In this document: in pieces, positions 30,940-41,579 of the stretch
Layout: each line of letters starts with the position of its first letter
Position numbering within the stretch: position 1 is the stretch's first letter
Assembly (NCBI GenBank): GCA_035255945.1
Contig: DATEZA010000123.1
Coordinates: 11,627-75,626 of the forward strand
Direction: 5' to 3'
Origin: Thermoanaerobaculia bacterium
GTDB lineage: Bacteria > Acidobacteriota > Thermoanaerobaculia > Gp7-AA8
Length of the DNA: 64,000 bases
The notes under the pieces: generated by a model
What the model saw: only the letters and a program-made list of their open reading frames with translations
The model's database searches: none
Told to the model about the DNA's origin: nothing
Position numbers and translations under genes: made by a program

Positions 30940-33900
30940 GTGCGCAGAGCAGTCCACGCAGCCTTATTCTTCCTGATCATCGCCGGCCTCATCGAGGCCG
31001 GCTCCTTTTTTTCTCTTCGCTCCATCGAGCAGACGTTCAACCGCCGCGCGGCGGATCACATCCGCGATGACGTGAGCTACGTCCGCCAGCGCGTGGCGAC
31101 GGTCGAAGCGGAGCTCGACGCCACCGCCGACCGCATCGAAGGACGTCTCGCTGCGTTCCATCGCCAGCCGACGCAGGCCGAGCTCTTCGCGTTGCTGCGC
31201 GACGAAGTGCCGCCCTCGCGCACGCGCGGCGCGCGCATCCGCACGCCCGAGGGCGATCTGCTCGCGTGGTGGGGAGAAGAGCTGCGCGGCGCGGCGGCGA
31301 AGACGTACGAGTTCGATGCGACGAACCTCTACATCGTCCGCACGCGCGTCACCGGACGCTACGTCGTCGAGAGCTTCAAGCGCGTCGTCAATGCGCCGGG
31401 CATGGAGAGCTCGATCGATCCGAAGGACGATGAGTGGACCACCGACGCGATGTTCCACGCCGGATTCCTGCGGCAGGAACCGGGCACGGTGCGGCAGCTG
31501 ATCGAGAAGCGTCCCGACGGCGAGCTCTGGATCGACATTACGCCGCGCTCGGTGCGCGAAGTGCTCGACACGACGCGGATGAATGCGAACGATGCGGCGG
31601 CGACGCTGCTGAGCATCGGCGCGATCGTGGTGCTGTTGCTGCTGCGCAATCGCATCGCGACGGTGATCCTGATCGTCCTCGCGCGCGTCGCACTGCTCCC
31701 CGTCCACATCGTCGACGACCCCTTCCGCCTCCTCAAGTTCGACCTCTACGGCTCCCGCCTCCTCGGTCCCTTCAGTAAATCGCCCTTCGACCTCCTCGCG
31801 ACGTCGGCCGCCATCGCCGCGATCGTCTTCGTCCTGACGAAGAAAAGTGTGGCGCCGCCGACCCGGCGGCGATCCCCCACCGAGATCGCCGGCGCCACAC
31901 TCGTCCGGCTGCTCATCGCGGCTGCGGCCGCCGTCGGATACGTGCTGCTCGTCAGCAATCTCGTCGACAACTCGCGCGTGTCATCGCTCCCCGATCACAT
32001 CGTGCCGTCGTCCGCCGCGCAGGCCGTGCTGCTCGCCTCGCTGCTCTGCCTCGCGTACGCCGTGCTGCGGCTGGCGCGCGTGTGGGAGTGGGGCGCGTGG
32101 GCTCCGCATCCCGCGCTGCGGATGCTCGTCACCGCGGTGCTCTGCGGAGTCGCGGTCTGGTATCCGGTGCAGCGCTTCGAGCGCGACGGCGCGCGGCGTT
32201 TCATCGCCGACACCTACGCGCCGCTCGTCGTCGGCGAAGCGGGACAGCTGCGCACGATGATCGAGGACACGCTGCACAACGAGTTCTCGCGCACGGAGCT
32301 GAGCAGCCTGCTGCCCGACGACTACCGGCGCATGAACCTCGAGGACCTCGCATACGCGCTCTGGCTTCGCAGCGATCTGTCGAAGTGGCGCATCCCCGCC
32401 GTCATCACCGTCAGCGATGATTTCACCGGCAACCTGATCAGCCGCTTCGGTGTCGGACTGCCGCAATTCAACGAGCGCGGCACGACCATGGGGCACGAGG
32501 TGCTGCAGATCGGCAGCCTCACGCGCGACCTTTTGCATCACGACTTCGACGTGACCGCGTTCGGCACGACCATCGCGCGCGGCAGCGTGCACGTGGTCAA
32601 TCCCGCCGATCCCGGCGCGACGTCGTTCGCCGATGTCTATCGCGACTTCTTCGAAACGGGGAGCGAGGACCTCACCACCGGCCTGCACGGGCAGGGCGAG
32701 CCGGCGGTGTACGACAAGGACGGCAACTCGCACGGCTCGGCGAGCGTCCGCCTGCCGCAGAGCCCCGCGTGGTACATCGCCACGCTGAAGCCGGGACGCG
32801 GCGTCTGGGTCACCGGCCCGCTCAACGATTCATCGGCGATCTATCTGCGCCGTACCGACGACGCGGTCTTCGCCTTTCCGCTCGCCATTCCCACCTTCGC
32901 GCAGCAGCTGCGCCGCGCGGGCGGCGTGGTGATCTGGGCCATCGCCGCGGCGCTGGCGGCGATCTTCATCCATTCCATTCCGACGCTCATCGACCTGCTC
33001 CGCCGCTTCCCGCACGGCTTCGGCTTCCGCGCGCGGACGGCGATGTATCTGACTACGGTTGTAGTCGTTCCGCTCGTCGTCTTCGTCCTCTTCGTCCGCG
33101 CCTATCTGGCGAACCGGCTCGAAGCGGAGTACGTCGACCGCGGACAGACCGCGCTCAATGCCGCGCAACGCGTGATCGAGGATTACCTCGCATCGACGAC
33201 GTCCGCGCCGCCGGAACAGGTGCTCGACGACGAGATCCTCAGCTGGCTCGCGCGCGTGATCGGGCACGACCTGCACCTCTACCGCGGCGAGCAGCTCGTC
33301 GCGTCGAGCCGCCGCGATCTCTTCGCCGCACACGTCGAGTCGGAGCGATTGCCGGGCGACGTCTATTCGGCGATCGTGGTCAACGGCAGGCAGCTCTTCC
33401 GCGCCATGCGTCGCGCCGGCTCGACGCAGTACGTCGAGATCTACAGTCCCATCTCGCTGGTGCGCGGCCGCAGCTACACGCTCGCGCTGCCGTTCATCGT
33501 GCAGGGACGGCAGATCGAAGCGCAGGTGAACGATCTGGCGACGACGATCTACATGCTCCTCGTGTTCATCGTGATCGCCGCGATCGGTGTCGCGTTCCGC
33601 ACCGCGAGCAGCGTCACGCGTCCGGTGCAGAGCCTCGTGGTCGGCGCGCGCGAAGTGGCCCGCGGCCATTTCGATGTCGATGTCCGCGCCCCTTCCGATC
33701 CCGACCTCGGACTCCTCGTCACGACGTTCCGCGACATGGCGCAATCGCTTCGCCGTCAGCAAAACGATCTGCGCCACGAGCGCGATCGGTTGCAGACGCT
33801 GCTGGAGAACATCAACGCGGCCGTCGTCGTGCTCGACGGCGCGCGCAACGCCGGCACGATGAACGAAGCGGCGCGGCATCTCTTCCCCGCCGGCGAATTG

Positions 33901-34728
33901 CCGCCGGAGATCCGGGCGATGATCGACGATCACGTCGAATCGAAGGAGCTCGAGCTCGAGCACGATGGCAACGCGCGCACGTTCCGCGTCTCGATCATTC
34001 CGCTCCCCGAAAGCGAAGAGGAGATGGTGATTGCCGAGGACGTGACGGAGATCCTCCGCTCGAACCGGCTCGAGGCGTGGGGCGAGATGGCGCGGCAGGT
34101 CGCCCACGAGATCAAGAATCCGCTGACCCCGATCCAGCTCACTGCGGAGCATCTGCGCGCGGTGGCGGAGCGCGACGATCCGGCGCTGCCGAGTGTCGTG
34201 CGCAGTGCGGTCGACAACATCCTGCGGCAGGTGGTGACGCTGCGCGAGACGTCGAAGGAGTTCAGCGATTACGCGTCGCTGCGGCAGGTGCATCGCCGTC
34301 CGTTGGATCTGAAGAAATTGCTGAGCGACATCGCGGCCGACTACTCCGCGAGCTCGGAGCGCGGCATCGATTTCCGCGCCGACATCGAGCCGACGACGCC
34401 GGGCAACTACTCCGGCGACGCACGCCTGCTGCGCGGCGCGATCGCCAATCTGATCGAGAACGCGTTCCAGTCCGCGCCCGGCGGACGCGTGCGGCTGATC
34501 AGTCAGGGCATCGATTCGAAGGCCGTGATCTCCATCGAAGACGATGGTCCCGGCGTCCCGGCCGAGCTGCTTCCGCGCATCTTCGACCCGTACTTTTCGA
34601 CAAAGTCGACCGGCACCGGCCTCGGCCTTGCAATCGCGCGCAAGGCGATCGAGGAGCACGGCGGCAGCGTCCGCGCGGAAAACCTCGAGCCGGGATTCAG
34701 AGTGGAGATCGAGTTGCCGTTGAAATGA
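30940..34728 (+). CDS. large multi-pass membrane sensor histidine kinase (HAMP-PAS-HisKA-HATPase, NtrY-like)
   Basis: GTG start. Several TM segments; HAMP ([10 protein letters not shown]); H box [13 protein letters not shown]; N box and G boxes ([20 protein letters not shown]). No adjacent response regulator. Confidence 0.9.
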   Translation: MRRAVHAALFFLIIAGLIEAGSFFSLRSIEQTFNRRAADHIRDDVSYVRQRVATVEAELDATADRIEGRLAAFHRQPTQAELFALLRDEVPPSRTRGARIRTPEGDLLAWWGEELRGAAAKTYEFDATNLYIVRTRVTGRYVVESFKRVVNAPGMESSIDPKDDEWTTDAMFHAGFLRQEPGTVRQLIEKRPDGELWIDITPRSVREVLDTTRMNANDAAATLLSIGAIVVLLLLRNRIATVILIVLARVALLPVHIVDDPFRLLKFDLYGSRLLGPFSKSPFDLLATSAAIAAIVFVLTKKSVAPPTRRRSPTEIAGATLVRLLIAAAAAVGYVLLVSNLVDNSRVSSLPDHIVPSSAAQAVLLASLLCLAYAVLRLARVWEWGAWAPHPALRMLVTAVLCGVAVWYPVQRFERDGARRFIADTYAPLVVGEAGQLRTMIEDTLHNEFSRTELSSLLPDDYRRMNLEDLAYALWLRSDLSKWRIPAVITVSDDFTGNLISRFGVGLPQFNERGTTMGHEVLQIGSLTRDLLHHDFDVTAFGTTIARGSVHVVNPADPGATSFADVYRDFFETGSEDLTTGLHGQGEPAVYDKDGNSHGSASVRLPQSPAWYIATLKPGRGVWVTGPLNDSSAIYLRRTDDAVFAFPLAIPTFAQQLRRAGGVVIWAIAAALAAIFIHSIPTLIDLLRRFPHGFGFRARTAMYLTTVVVVPLVVFVLFVRAYLANRLEAEYVDRGQTALNAAQRVIEDYLASTTSAPPEQVLDDEILSWLARVIGHDLHLYRGEQLVASSRRDLFAAHVESERLPGDVYSAIVVNGRQLFRAMRRAGSTQYVEIYSPISLVRGRSYTLALPFIVQGRQIEAQVNDLATTIYMLLVFIVIAAIGVAFRTASSVTRPVQSLVVGAREVARGHFDVDVRAPSDPDLGLLVTTFRDMAQSLRRQQNDLRHERDRLQTLLENINAAVVVLDGARNAGTMNEAARHLFPAGELPPEIRAMIDDHVESKELELEHDGNARTFRVSIIPLPESEEEMVIAEDVTEILRSNRLEAWGEMARQVAHEIKNPLTPIQLTAEHLRAVAERDDPALPSVVRSAVDNILRQVVTLRETSKEFSDYASLRQVHRRPLDLKKLLSDIAADYSASSERGIDFRADIEPTTPGNYSGDARLLRGAIANLIENAFQSAPGGRVRLISQGIDSKAVISIEDDGPGVPAELLPRIFDPYFSTKSTGTGLGLAIARKAIEEHGGSVRAENLEPGFRVEIELPLK

Positions 34729-34732
34729 CGAT

Positions 34733-34815
34733 GGGTACGTGGGCGCGTGGGCTCGTGGGCGCGTGGGAACTGCGCCCCCGAGCCTACGAACCCACGTACC
34801 CACGCCCCCGTACCC
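34733..34815. repeat. GTGGGCGCGTGGG-type inverted repeat
   Basis: GGGTACGTGGGCGCGTGGGCTCGTGGGCGCGTGGG ... CCCACGTACCCACGCCCCCGTACCC, immediately after the kinase stop. Likely terminator/REP. Confidence 0.65.
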
Positions 34816-34830
34816 GCTAGAATCAAAACA

Positions 34831-35712
34831 ATGAAACGCGCCCTCATCAGCATCCTCGTTCTCTTCGCGAGCGCGCTCGCGCTGGGCGAGGGGCCGCTCG
34901 ATGAAGTGCGCTTCACGCTGCGCCAGGAGTTCCTCCGCCTCATCAACTCCGACCGCAAACATCACGGACTGAAGCCGGTCGAGCTCGACGCGTGGACCTC
35001 GACGCTCGCCGACGAGTACTGCCGCACGCAGATCAAAAACGGCACGACCGGGCACTTCACCACCGACGGCCAGTCGCCGTACATGCGCTATTCGTTCGCC
35101 GGCGGCAACGACGGCGTCAGCGAGAACGCGGCCGCGTGGTCGGCGTCGTATCGCTTCAGCGACCGCGCGCTGTACGAAATGATCCGCCGTTCCGAGGAAG
35201 CGATGATCGCGGAACGGTCACCGCATGACGGGCACCGGCGCACGATCCTCGATCCGTACGCGACGCACGTCGGCATCGGCCTGGCGTGGGAAAAGGGGGA
35301 GTTCCGGCTGACGCAGGAGTTCGTCCGGCACTACATCGCGTGGTCACGCCGGCTGCCGCGCGCGGCGATGCTCAACGACAGGATCACCGCCACGGGCCGG
35401 GTCGAACATGGCTATGTCGCCGACGCGATCAGCGTGCATTACGAGCCGCTCCCGCAGCCGATCTCGCCGATCACCGCGAACGCGATCGACAGCTACTCGC
35501 TCCCCGATCGCCGCCGCGATTACGGCATCGGCGCCGGCGACGAGTTCTCGTTCAACGTCCCGTTCACCGAGGGGCCGGGGATTTACACCGTCGTGGTGTG
35601 GGTGCGGCATCCGGGCGGGAAGGAATCGTTCCCCGCGAGCAACGTCTCGATCCGCGTCGATCGTTCGGCGACGGGCGAGCCGTACCTGCTCTCCGGCGGC
35701 GGCATGCGATGA
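34831..35712 (+). CDS. secreted CAP/SCP-domain protein
   Basis: Start MKRALISILVLFASALALG (signal peptide). LINSDRKHHGLKPVELD...GHF region resembles a CAP domain. Confidence 0.65.
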   Translation: MKRALISILVLFASALALGEGPLDEVRFTLRQEFLRLINSDRKHHGLKPVELDAWTSTLADEYCRTQIKNGTTGHFTTDGQSPYMRYSFAGGNDGVSENAAAWSASYRFSDRALYEMIRRSEEAMIAERSPHDGHRRTILDPYATHVGIGLAWEKGEFRLTQEFVRHYIAWSRRLPRAAMLNDRITATGRVEHGYVADAISVHYEPLPQPISPITANAIDSYSLPDRRRDYGIGAGDEFSFNVPFTEGPGIYTVVVWVRHPGGKESFPASNVSIRVDRSATGEPYLLSGGGMR

Positions 35713-35713
35713 C

Positions 35714-36631
35714 ATGCCCGACTCCAACTCCATCTACGACTGCATCATCATCGGCGGCGGTCCCGCGGGCCTGACCTGCGCGATCTTCCTCGGACGTTAC
35801 CGCCGCCGCGTCCTCCTCTGCGACAACGGACGTCCGCGCAACTACGCATCGCGCGCGATTCATGGCTTCATCGGGCAGCACAACATCCCGCCCGGTGAGC
35901 TGCTGCGGCGCGGACGCGAAGAAGCGATCGCCGCAGGGGTCGAGGTCTGCGACTGCACCGTGTCGAGCATCGAGCGTGTCGGCGCCGACTTCTGCGTGAC
36001 CACGACCGCCGGCACGATGCGCACGCGCCGCGTCGTGCTCGCGTACGGCGTGCGCGACATCGTTCCCGACATCCCGCACCTCACCGATTTCTATCCCGGC
36101 AGCGTCTATCACTGTCCCGACTGCGACGGCTACGAAGTCACCGGCAAGCGCGTCGGGATCATCGGCCGCGGCAAGCGCGCGGCGGGCCTCGCGCTCAAAC
36201 TTTTGCAGTGGAGCAATGAGCTCACGATCTTCGTCGACGGGCAGCCGCGCGATTTTTCGCAGGAGCACACCTCGAAGTTGCTGGCCGAGGGGATCGGCGT
36301 GAAAGATGAAAAAGTGCTGGCGGTGACAGGGCACGGCGATCAGATCGCGCATGCGGTGCTGGAGACCGGCGAGCGCGTGGCGATCGATGCGCTCTTCTTT
36401 TCGATCGGCACCGTTCGCAGTTGCACGCTCGCCGAGGACCTCGGATGCAAGGTCTTCGAAGGTGAGCCGTGCATCGTCGTTGACGATTACAAACAGACCA
36501 GCGTCGAAGGCGTGTACGCGATCGGCGACCTCGCCCCCGGCTCCCAACTCGCGGTGACCTCGGCCGCGGATGGTGCCGTCGCCGCGGTGGCGATCAACAA
36601 GTCCCTCCTCCCCCCGTCCCGCCTGGTGTAG
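35714..36631 (+). CDS. thioredoxin-reductase-like NAD(P)/FAD-dependent oxidoreductase
   Basis: DCIIIGGGPAGL FAD motif, CPDCDG redox motif, second GRGKRA dinucleotide motif, GDLAPG. Confidence 0.85.
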   Translation: MPDSNSIYDCIIIGGGPAGLTCAIFLGRYRRRVLLCDNGRPRNYASRAIHGFIGQHNIPPGELLRRGREEAIAAGVEVCDCTVSSIERVGADFCVTTTAGTMRTRRVVLAYGVRDIVPDIPHLTDFYPGSVYHCPDCDGYEVTGKRVGIIGRGKRAAGLALKLLQWSNELTIFVDGQPRDFSQEHTSKLLAEGIGVKDEKVLAVTGHGDQIAHAVLETGERVAIDALFFSIGTVRSCTLAEDLGCKVFEGEPCIVVDDYKQTSVEGVYAIGDLAPGSQLAVTSAADGAVAAVAINKSLLPPSRLV

Positions 36632-37108
36632 GACAAGCTCTCAGCTTGTCCCCCAGGGTTTCCCACCCCTCGCCGGGGGGACAAGCTGAGAGCTTGTCCT
36701 ACACCAGGCGATCCAGAGCGCCTGTCCGCGTGCCGCCGTTCTCGGAGGAGCACGTCTCGACCGCGGCGGTGGGCCGATCAACAAGTCCCTCCTGCCACCG
36801 TCCCGCCCTGGTGTAGGACAAGCTCTCAGCTTGTCCCCCCAAGGGTTTCCCACCCCTCGCCGGGGGGACAAGCTGAGAGCTTGTCCTACACCAGGCGATC
36901 CAGAGCGCCTGTCCGCGTGCCGCCGTTCTCGGAGGAGCACGGCTCGACCGCGGTGGTGGCGATCAACAAGTCCCTCCCTGCCACCGTCCCGCTTGGTGTA
37001 GGACAAGCTCTCAGCTTGTCCCCCCAAGGTTTCCACCCTCCGCCGAGGGACAAGCTGAGAGCTTGTCCTACACCGCCGCGATCCAGAGCGCCTGCCGGCG
37101 TGCCGCCG
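36582..37108. repeat. 185-bp tandem repeat, about 2.85 copies, each with an ~80-bp nested palindrome
   Basis: GGTGTAGGACAAGCTC starts at 36625, 36810 and 36995 (period 185). The units also copy the last ~45 nt of the plus-strand gene and the last ~35 nt of the minus-strand gene. Confidence 0.9.
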
Positions 37109-37589
37109 CCTGCTTCGCCGCGAGCATGAGCTGCACGTAGGTCTGGATCTCGAGGTCTTTGTCGAACGCGAGGTCGTCCTCGAGATAATGCGCGGCGAGC
37201 TCCATCAGCTCGACATCATCGGTCGGCAGCGACGCCGCGCCCGCAAACACGCGCAACTCATCGAGCAGCGCCGGCAGACTTCCGACCTGCAACGGATCGG
37301 CCGCGTTCGGAATGGCGATGTGCTCCACGTTCGCGAACGGCGCCGGCACCCACACCATCTGATACGCATCGACACCCGCGAGCTGCGACGGATGCCCGCC
37401 ACCTAGCATCGACGTCGCGAGCTGCTGCAACAGCTTCCATCCATCGTGCTCGACGATGTCCGATCGCCACGCCTCGTCGTTACCACCCCCGGGCGCCGCA
37501 TACCGCTTCCACAGCTCCGCATCAACGGAACGCGCGAAGTCCGCCGGAAAAACATCCGACGCGGAACCGACGACGAATGACATGGGCAT
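37068..37589 (-). CDS. hypothetical protein
   Basis: Start taken at MPMSFVV (37589). The ORF-track N-terminus runs into the 8-mer repeat. No family recognised. Confidence 0.55.
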   Translation of the reverse strand: MPMSFVVGSASDVFPADFARSVDAELWKRYAAPGGGNDEAWRSDIVEHDGWKLLQQLATSMLGGGHPSQLAGVDAYQMVWVPAPFANVEHIAIPNAADPLQVGSLPALLDELRVFAGAASLPTDDVELMELAAHYLEDDLAFDKDLEIQTYVQLMLAAKQAAARRQALWIAAV

Positions 37590-37616
37590 GGGACGAAGGA
37601 GGAGAGTAACAAAAAA

Positions 37617-37695
37617 GGGTTGTTGAGTTGTTGAGTTGTTCGGTTGTTGCGCAAACCCACTCAATAACCCAACAACTCAACAACCCAACAACCCA
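37617..37695. repeat. inverted array of 8-mer tandem repeats (GTTGTTGA / CAACAACC)
   Basis: GGGTTGTTGAGTTGTTGAGTTGTTCGGTT ... AACCCAACAACTCAACAACCCAACAACCC. Arms of about 29 nt with 2 mismatches. Sits in a divergent promoter region. Confidence 0.8.
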
Positions 37696-37710
37696 TACAA
37701 TCCCCCCGCG

Positions 37711-40254
37711 GTGCATCGACTCAAACGGCTCCTGCCGTTCCTCAAACCGCTGCTGATCCTGGCCCTCTTTGGAGTTGCGTTGCGCGTGCTCCAGGACACG
37801 CTCACGCACTACCGCTACCGCGACGTGATGCATTACCTGCGCTCGATTCCGAGCGATCAGATCGCGCTCTCGATCCTGCTCACGATTCTCGGTTACCTCA
37901 CCATGACCGGCTACGACGCGCTGGCGTTTCGCTACATCCGCCATCGCCTCGCGTATCGCCGCATCGCGCTCGCGTCGTTCATCGGCTATGCGTTCAACAA
38001 CAACGTCGGACTCTCCGGCGTCGTCGGCGGCTCGCTGCGTTATCGGCTGTACAACGCGTGGCGATTGTCGGCGGTCGAGATCGCAAAAGTCATCGCGTTC
38101 TGCACCATCAGTTTCTGGTTGGGCTTCGTCGTCCTCGGCGGCACGGTGTTCATCTTCATGCCGCCCGACGTGCCGCCGTCGGTCCGCCTGCCGATCCATT
38201 CCGTGCGGCTCATCGGCCTGCTGATGATCATCCCCGCGGCCGCGTATCTGCTCTGGATCGCGATCCGGCGCGAGCCGCTGCGATTGCGCCAGTGGGAGTT
38301 CGAGCTGCCGCAGCCGGGCCTCTTCATCGCGCAGACGCTGATCTCGTCCATCGACTGGATCCTCGCCGCGGCGGTGCTCTACATCCTGCTCCCCGACCGC
38401 CTGCCGATCGGCTTCCATCATTTCCTCGGCATCTTCCTGCTCGCGCAGATTGCGGGCGTCGTATCGAACTTGCCGGGCGGCCTCGGCATCTTCGAAGCGG
38501 TCATCCTCGTCTTCCTCGCGCAGTTCTATCCGGCCGGCGCGATCCTCGGCTCGCTCGTCGCGTTCCGCGCGATCTACTACCTCCTGCCGCTCGGCCTCGC
38601 GACACTGCTGCTCGCCATTCACGAACTGCTCGAGCGGCGCGAAGGCGTCGCACGCGTGGCGCGCGTGTTCGGACGATGGGCGCCCGGCATCGCGCCGCAC
38701 CTGCTCTCGTTCACGATCTTCGTCGGCGGCGCGGTGATGCTCTTATCCGGCGCGACGCCGGCGCTCGTCCATCGATTGCATTTCGTCCCGCTGCCGATCG
38801 TGGAGGTCTCGCACTTCTTCGGCTCGCTCGCGGGCGCCGCGCTGCTCGTGCTCGCGCGCGGACTGCAGCGGCGGCTCGACGCTGCGTATCAACTGACCGC
38901 GGTGGTCCTCGGCGCGTCGATCTTCTTCCAGATTTTCAAGGGATTCGATTACGAGGAAGCGGTGATCGCCGCGATCCTGCTGCTCGGACTGGTCGCATCA
39001 CGCCGGCACTTCTACCGAAAGGCGACGCTCGTCAACGAGAGCTTCGGCCCCGGCTGGCTCCTGGCGATCGGACTCGTGCTGCTGTCGTCGATGTGGCTCG
39101 GCTTCTTCAGCTACAAGCACGTCGAGTACTCGAGCGATCTCTGGTGGCACTTCTCGTTGCGCGGCGATGCGCCGCGGTTTCTGCGCGCATCGATCGGCGT
39201 GTTCAGCGTGCTGATGCTCGTCGCGATTCGACGACTGCTGCGGCCAGCGGCGCCCGATCAGAATCCGCCGGCGATCGACGAGATCGAGCGCGCGCACGCG
39301 ATCGTCACGACCGATCCGAACAGTCAGGCGAACCTCGCGCTCCTCGGCGACAAGCCGTTCCTCTTCAGCGAGAGCGGACGCTCCTTCGTCATGTACGGCG
39401 TCGAAGGACGGAGCTGGATCGCGATGGGCGATCCGGTCGGCGCGGACGACGAGAAATCGGAATTGCTCTGGAAGTTTCGCGAGCTCGTCGACCTGCACGC
39501 CGGCTGGACCGTGTTCTACGAAGTGCAGCGCGCGAACATCCATCTCTATCTCGACCTCGGGCTCACGCTGCTGAAGATCGGCGAAGAGGCGCGCGTCGAT
39601 CTCAAAGAGTTCTCGCTCGAAGGGGGCTCGCGCAAATGGATGCGCAAGATGATGCGCCGCGTCGAGGCGGAGAACTGCGGCTTCGAGATCGTTCGCGATG
39701 CATCGCCGCTGCTGCCCGAGCTGCGCACGATCTCCGATTCGTGGCTCTCCGAAAAGAAGGCGCGCGAGAAAGGCTTCTCCCTCGGATTCTTCGCCGAAGA
39801 TTACGTGAAACGGTTTCCGATCGCGGTGGTGAAGAGGGAGGGACGCATCGTCGCGTTCTCGAATTTGTGGGAGAGCGCGGGACGCGAAGAGTTGTCGGTC
39901 GATCTCATGCGCCACGCGCTCGACGCACCGTCCGGCGTGATGGATTACATGTTCTCGCAGCTGATGATTTGGGGGCAGCAGGAAGGCTACCGCTGGTTCA
40001 ACCTCGGCATGGCGCCGCTGTCGGGACTGGAGAACCGTTCGCTCGGCACGCTGTGGAATCGCGTCGGCGCGCTCGCGTATCGATTCGGCGAGGATTACTA
40101 CAACTTCCAGGGCCTCCGTCAGTACAAGGAGAAGTTCGATCCGGTGTGGGAACCGACCTACCTCGCATCGCCGGGCGGCCTCGCGCTGCCGCGAATATTG
40201 ACCAACCTTGCGGCGTTGATCGCGGGCGGGCTGCGAGGAGTCGTAGCCAAATGA
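37711..40254 (+). CDS. mprF: lysylphosphatidylglycerol synthase/flippase MprF
   Basis: GTG start proposed at VHRLKRLLPF (the ATG at 37636 lies in the repeat). Multi-pass N-terminal half plus a C-terminal DUF2156-type synthase half (FVMYGVEGRSWIAMGDPVG...FSLGFF...FNLGMAPLSG...GLRQYKEKFDP). Confidence 0.88.
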   Translation: MHRLKRLLPFLKPLLILALFGVALRVLQDTLTHYRYRDVMHYLRSIPSDQIALSILLTILGYLTMTGYDALAFRYIRHRLAYRRIALASFIGYAFNNNVGLSGVVGGSLRYRLYNAWRLSAVEIAKVIAFCTISFWLGFVVLGGTVFIFMPPDVPPSVRLPIHSVRLIGLLMIIPAAAYLLWIAIRREPLRLRQWEFELPQPGLFIAQTLISSIDWILAAAVLYILLPDRLPIGFHHFLGIFLLAQIAGVVSNLPGGLGIFEAVILVFLAQFYPAGAILGSLVAFRAIYYLLPLGLATLLLAIHELLERREGVARVARVFGRWAPGIAPHLLSFTIFVGGAVMLLSGATPALVHRLHFVPLPIVEVSHFFGSLAGAALLVLARGLQRRLDAAYQLTAVVLGASIFFQIFKGFDYEEAVIAAILLLGLVASRRHFYRKATLVNESFGPGWLLAIGLVLLSSMWLGFFSYKHVEYSSDLWWHFSLRGDAPRFLRASIGVFSVLMLVAIRRLLRPAAPDQNPPAIDEIERAHAIVTTDPNSQANLALLGDKPFLFSESGRSFVMYGVEGRSWIAMGDPVGADDEKSELLWKFRELVDLHAGWTVFYEVQRANIHLYLDLGLTLLKIGEEARVDLKEFSLEGGSRKWMRKMMRRVEAENCGFEIVRDASPLLPELRTISDSWLSEKKAREKGFSLGFFAEDYVKRFPIAVVKREGRIVAFSNLWESAGREELSVDLMRHALDAPSGVMDYMFSQLMIWGQQEGYRWFNLGMAPLSGLENRSLGTLWNRVGALAYRFGEDYYNFQGLRQYKEKFDPVWEPTYLASPGGLALPRILTNLAALIAGGLRGVVAK

Positions 40255-40263
40255 TCGAGCCCG

Positions 40264-40893
40264 ATGTTTCTCATTCTCGCCACCTTACTTTCACTCCCTC
40301 TCGTCGAAGTCCCGGCCACGCACGGCACGTCCGACACGCTCGTCGTCTTCGTCTCCGGTGACGGCGGCTGGGCGTCGATCGATAAATCGATCGCGCGCGT
40401 GATGGCCGGCAACGGCATGCCGGTGGTCGGTCTCAACTCGCTCCAGTATTTCTGGACGAAGCGCACGCCCGACGCGGCTTCGAAAGACCTGCAGTCGATC
40501 ATCACCACGTACTCGACGCGCTGGAACAAATCGCGTGTCGTGGTCATCGGCTACTCGCGCGGCGCGGACGTGTTGCCTGCGATGATCAACCGCATGCCGC
40601 CCGAGGTGCAGTCGAAGATTCGGTTGGTGTCGCTGCTCGGACCGAGTCCGTATGTCGAGTTCGAGTTTCACGTCGCCGACTGGTTGCGCGACAAAAAAGC
40701 GGGCTACGCCGTGCAGCCCGAGCTCGCGCGCGTGCACGGCAAAGTGCTCTGTTTGTGGGGCGAGGACGACAAGGACTCGCTCTGCAGGGGACTCGCGCAA
40801 GCGAACGTGCACGTCGTGACGATGAAAGGTGCGCATCACTTCGACGGCGGCTACGACAAGCTCGCGCACATCATCCTGGACGAGCTCCAGTGA
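40264..40893 (+). CDS. VirJ/AcvB-family alpha/beta hydrolase, copy 1
   Basis: TLVVFVSGDGGW...IGYSRGADVLP (GxSxG) pattern of the VirJ domain, with an N-terminal hydrophobic segment. Confidence 0.78.
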   Translation: MFLILATLLSLPLVEVPATHGTSDTLVVFVSGDGGWASIDKSIARVMAGNGMPVVGLNSLQYFWTKRTPDAASKDLQSIITTYSTRWNKSRVVVIGYSRGADVLPAMINRMPPEVQSKIRLVSLLGPSPYVEFEFHVADWLRDKKAGYAVQPELARVHGKVLCLWGEDDKDSLCRGLAQANVHVVTMKGAHHFDGGYDKLAHIILDELQ

Positions 40894-41540
40894 TCGCGCT
40901 GCTGCTCCTGCTCGCGCAGCTCGCAGGCCTTCCGCTCCGCGAATTTCCGGCGAAGACGAACGGCGACACGATTGCGATCATCCTCACCGGCGACGGCGGC
41001 TGGCGCCGCATCGACGACAAGCTGACGCAGCATCTGCACGAGCACGGCGTGGCGGTGGTCGGATTTCTCACGCCCGACTATTTCGAAACGCGCCGCTCGC
41101 CGCTCGAATCGTCGCGCGCGCTCGAGCGCACGATCCGCTTCTATCAGGCGAAATGGCATCGTCCGCGCGTGATCCTCATCGGCTATTCGCGCGGCGCCGA
41201 CGTGCTGCCGTTCATGGCCAACCGCCTCTCGCCGCAGCTGAAGAGCCAGATCGATCTCATCGCCCTCCTCGGCCTCGAATCGACCATCGACTTCCGCTAT
41301 CACCCGAGCTGGATTCCGTTCTATCACCCGAAAGAGCCGGAGTTCCCGGTGAAGCCCGAGCTCGAAAAACTGCGCGGCCAGAAAATCCTCTGCGTCTACG
41401 GCGAGAAGGAAAAGTCCACGCTCTGCAAGCAGCTCGATCCGTCGCTCGCGATGGTGGTCAGGACAAAAGGCGCGCATCACTTCGCCGGCAACTACAAGAA
41501 GATCGCCGAGGCGATCGTCGACGCCGCCAGCACGGAGTGA
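40890..41540 (+). CDS. VirJ/AcvB-family alpha/beta hydrolase, copy 2
   Basis: GTG at 40890 overlaps the upstream stop (GTGA). TIAIILTGDGGW...IGYSRGADVLP. Confidence 0.75.
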   Translation: MIALLLLLAQLAGLPLREFPAKTNGDTIAIILTGDGGWRRIDDKLTQHLHEHGVAVVGFLTPDYFETRRSPLESSRALERTIRFYQAKWHRPRVILIGYSRGADVLPFMANRLSPQLKSQIDLIALLGLESTIDFRYHPSWIPFYHPKEPEFPVKPELEKLRGQKILCVYGEKEKSTLCKQLDPSLAMVVRTKGAHHFAGNYKKIAEAIVDAASTE

Positions 41541-41579
41541 GTTGTGAACCCGCCTTAACTTTCTCCGTATAACCGCGTC

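Noticed and set aside
32769-35055. 683-aa plus-strand ORF (32769-34820) and 741-aa minus-strand ORF (32830-35055) overlapping the 1262-aa histidine kinase.
   Set aside because: They are an alternative frame and an antisense shadow of a gene with complete HAMP, HisKA and HATPase motifs. Their composition is dominated by Arg, Gly and Asp.
36582-37108. Possible CRISPR array (regularly spaced palindromic repeats); also considered for 25954-26012 and 37617-37695.
   Set aside because: The entire 185-bp unit repeats, so there are no unique spacers. The other loci are 8-mer microrepeats. There are no cas genes in the window.
36487-37129. ORFs 36487-36753, 36641-37036 and 36881-37129 inside the 185-bp tandem array.
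   Set aside because: Their sequences are just translated repeat units (GQAESLSYT, VGQALSLS recur). They are repeat artefacts, not genes.
38058-40361. 767-aa ORF in an alternative frame of mprF.
   Set aside because: The mprF frame has hydrophobic helices and conserved synthase motifs, whereas the alternative frame is an Arg/Pro-rich shadow.
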